Origin: Candidatus Eiseniibacteriota bacterium | GTDB lineage: Bacteria; Eisenbacteria; RBG-16-71-46 | Length of the DNA stretch: 16,531 bases | Direction of reading: 5' to 3' | NCBI GenBank assembly: GCA_031366795.1 | Contig: JANLOX010000056.1 | Location: 1 to 16,531, forward strand | Part shown: in pieces, positions 15,961 to 16,531 of the stretch | Layout: each line of letters opens with the position of its first letter | How positions within the stretch are numbered: position 1 is the first letter of the stretch | The notes under the pieces: model-generated | The model's input: only the letters and a program-made list of their open reading frames with translations | Told to the model about the DNA's origin: nothing | Database searches by the model: none | Made by a program: the position numbers and the translations under genes

Positions 15961-16531
15961 ATGCGACTCAGGCCGCTACGTGCCGCATCGTTGTTATTGT
16001 TTCTCCTGATTCCGCTTGCCGCGGCTGCAGCGGATGGCAAGCTCGATGCGCGAGCGCGGACGGCACTCGCGCGCCTGCGCAGCAGCGCGATCCCGAGCGC
16101 GGCACTGCGCCGTAGCGGCGCGTCGGTCGCTCCCGATGGAGCGCTCGACGTCTTCATCCGCGGCTCGGTCAGCCGGAGTGAACTCGAGGCGGCTGGGGCT
16201 CGCGTTCGGACGGCGATGCCCGGCTTGTTCACGGCCTCGATTCCCGTTTCCGCGGTCGATCGTGTCGCGGCGCTCACGGGTGTCGTCGCGATCCGCGGCG
16301 GCGCACCGTGCCAGCCCGAACTCAATACGAGCGTCGCAACGACGGGTGCCCAGTATCTGCGAGGGGCGGGCCCGACGTTCGCGGGACTTAATGGCCAAGG
16401 GGTCCTCGTGGGCATCGTCGACTCCGGCGTCGACTACGGCCATGCTGACTTTAAAGATGCGGCGGGACACACCCGAATCGTCAGCATCTGGGATCAAGTG
16501 GCTTCTGGCTCCGGGCCGCCGGGATATTACT
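15961..16531 (+). CDS. Secreted S8 (subtilase) serine peptidase, runs off the window's right edge
   Basis: Manual translation, not in ORF track: MRLRPLRAASLLLFLLIPLAAAA signal peptide, a prodomain, then GLNGQGVLVGIVDSGVDYGHADFKDAAGHTRIVSIWDQ with the catalytic Asp codon at 16420. GGAG at 15949-15952. Confidence 0.9.
   Translation, partial: MRLRPLRAASLLLFLLIPLAAAAADGKLDARARTALARLRSSAIPSAALRRSGASVAPDGALDVFIRGSVSRSELEAAGARVRTAMPGLFTASIPVSAVDRVAALTGVVAIRGGAPCQPELNTSVATTGAQYLRGAGPTFAGLNGQGVLVGIVDSGVDYGHADFKDAAGHTRIVSIWDQVASGSGPPGYY

Noticed and set aside
12749..16497. Long minus-strand ORFs 12749..14362, 15168..16415 and 15994..16497 (likewise 5496..6569 + and 3825..4574 -)
   Set aside because: Arg/Ala-rich or mirror-frame shadows opposite well-supported genes, as expected in high-GC DNA.

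Overview
High-GC bacterial chromosomal window with no rRNA, tRNA, CRISPR array, transposase or integrase that I can see. In order: a 3'-truncated secreted DUF11-repeat protein (-, not in the ORF track); an MFS transporter and alpha/beta hydrolase (-) divergent from a GH1 beta-glycosidase (+); a convergent RecQ lacking the winged-helix domain (-); a small secreted jelly-roll-like protein with an IPTL-CTERM-like anchor (-); an APC permease, Zn-motif SAM methyltransferase and trmO run (+); a cryptic gene (-) whose FlgD-Ig/T9SS-like C-terminal domain is cut off by one in-frame TAG; a ~1062-aa secreted beta-propeller with a Cys-rich Ig stalk and the same kind of C-terminal domain (+); and a 3'-truncated secreted S8 peptidase (+, not in the ORF track). 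The C-terminal domain in high-GC DNA suggests an FCB-related lineage such as Ca. Eisenbacteria (inference only). Best leads are the TAG-split sorting-domain gene, the co-occurring export signals, the Cys-paired Ig stalk, the WH-less RecQ and two inverted-repeat pairs. No novel system is firmly demonstrated.
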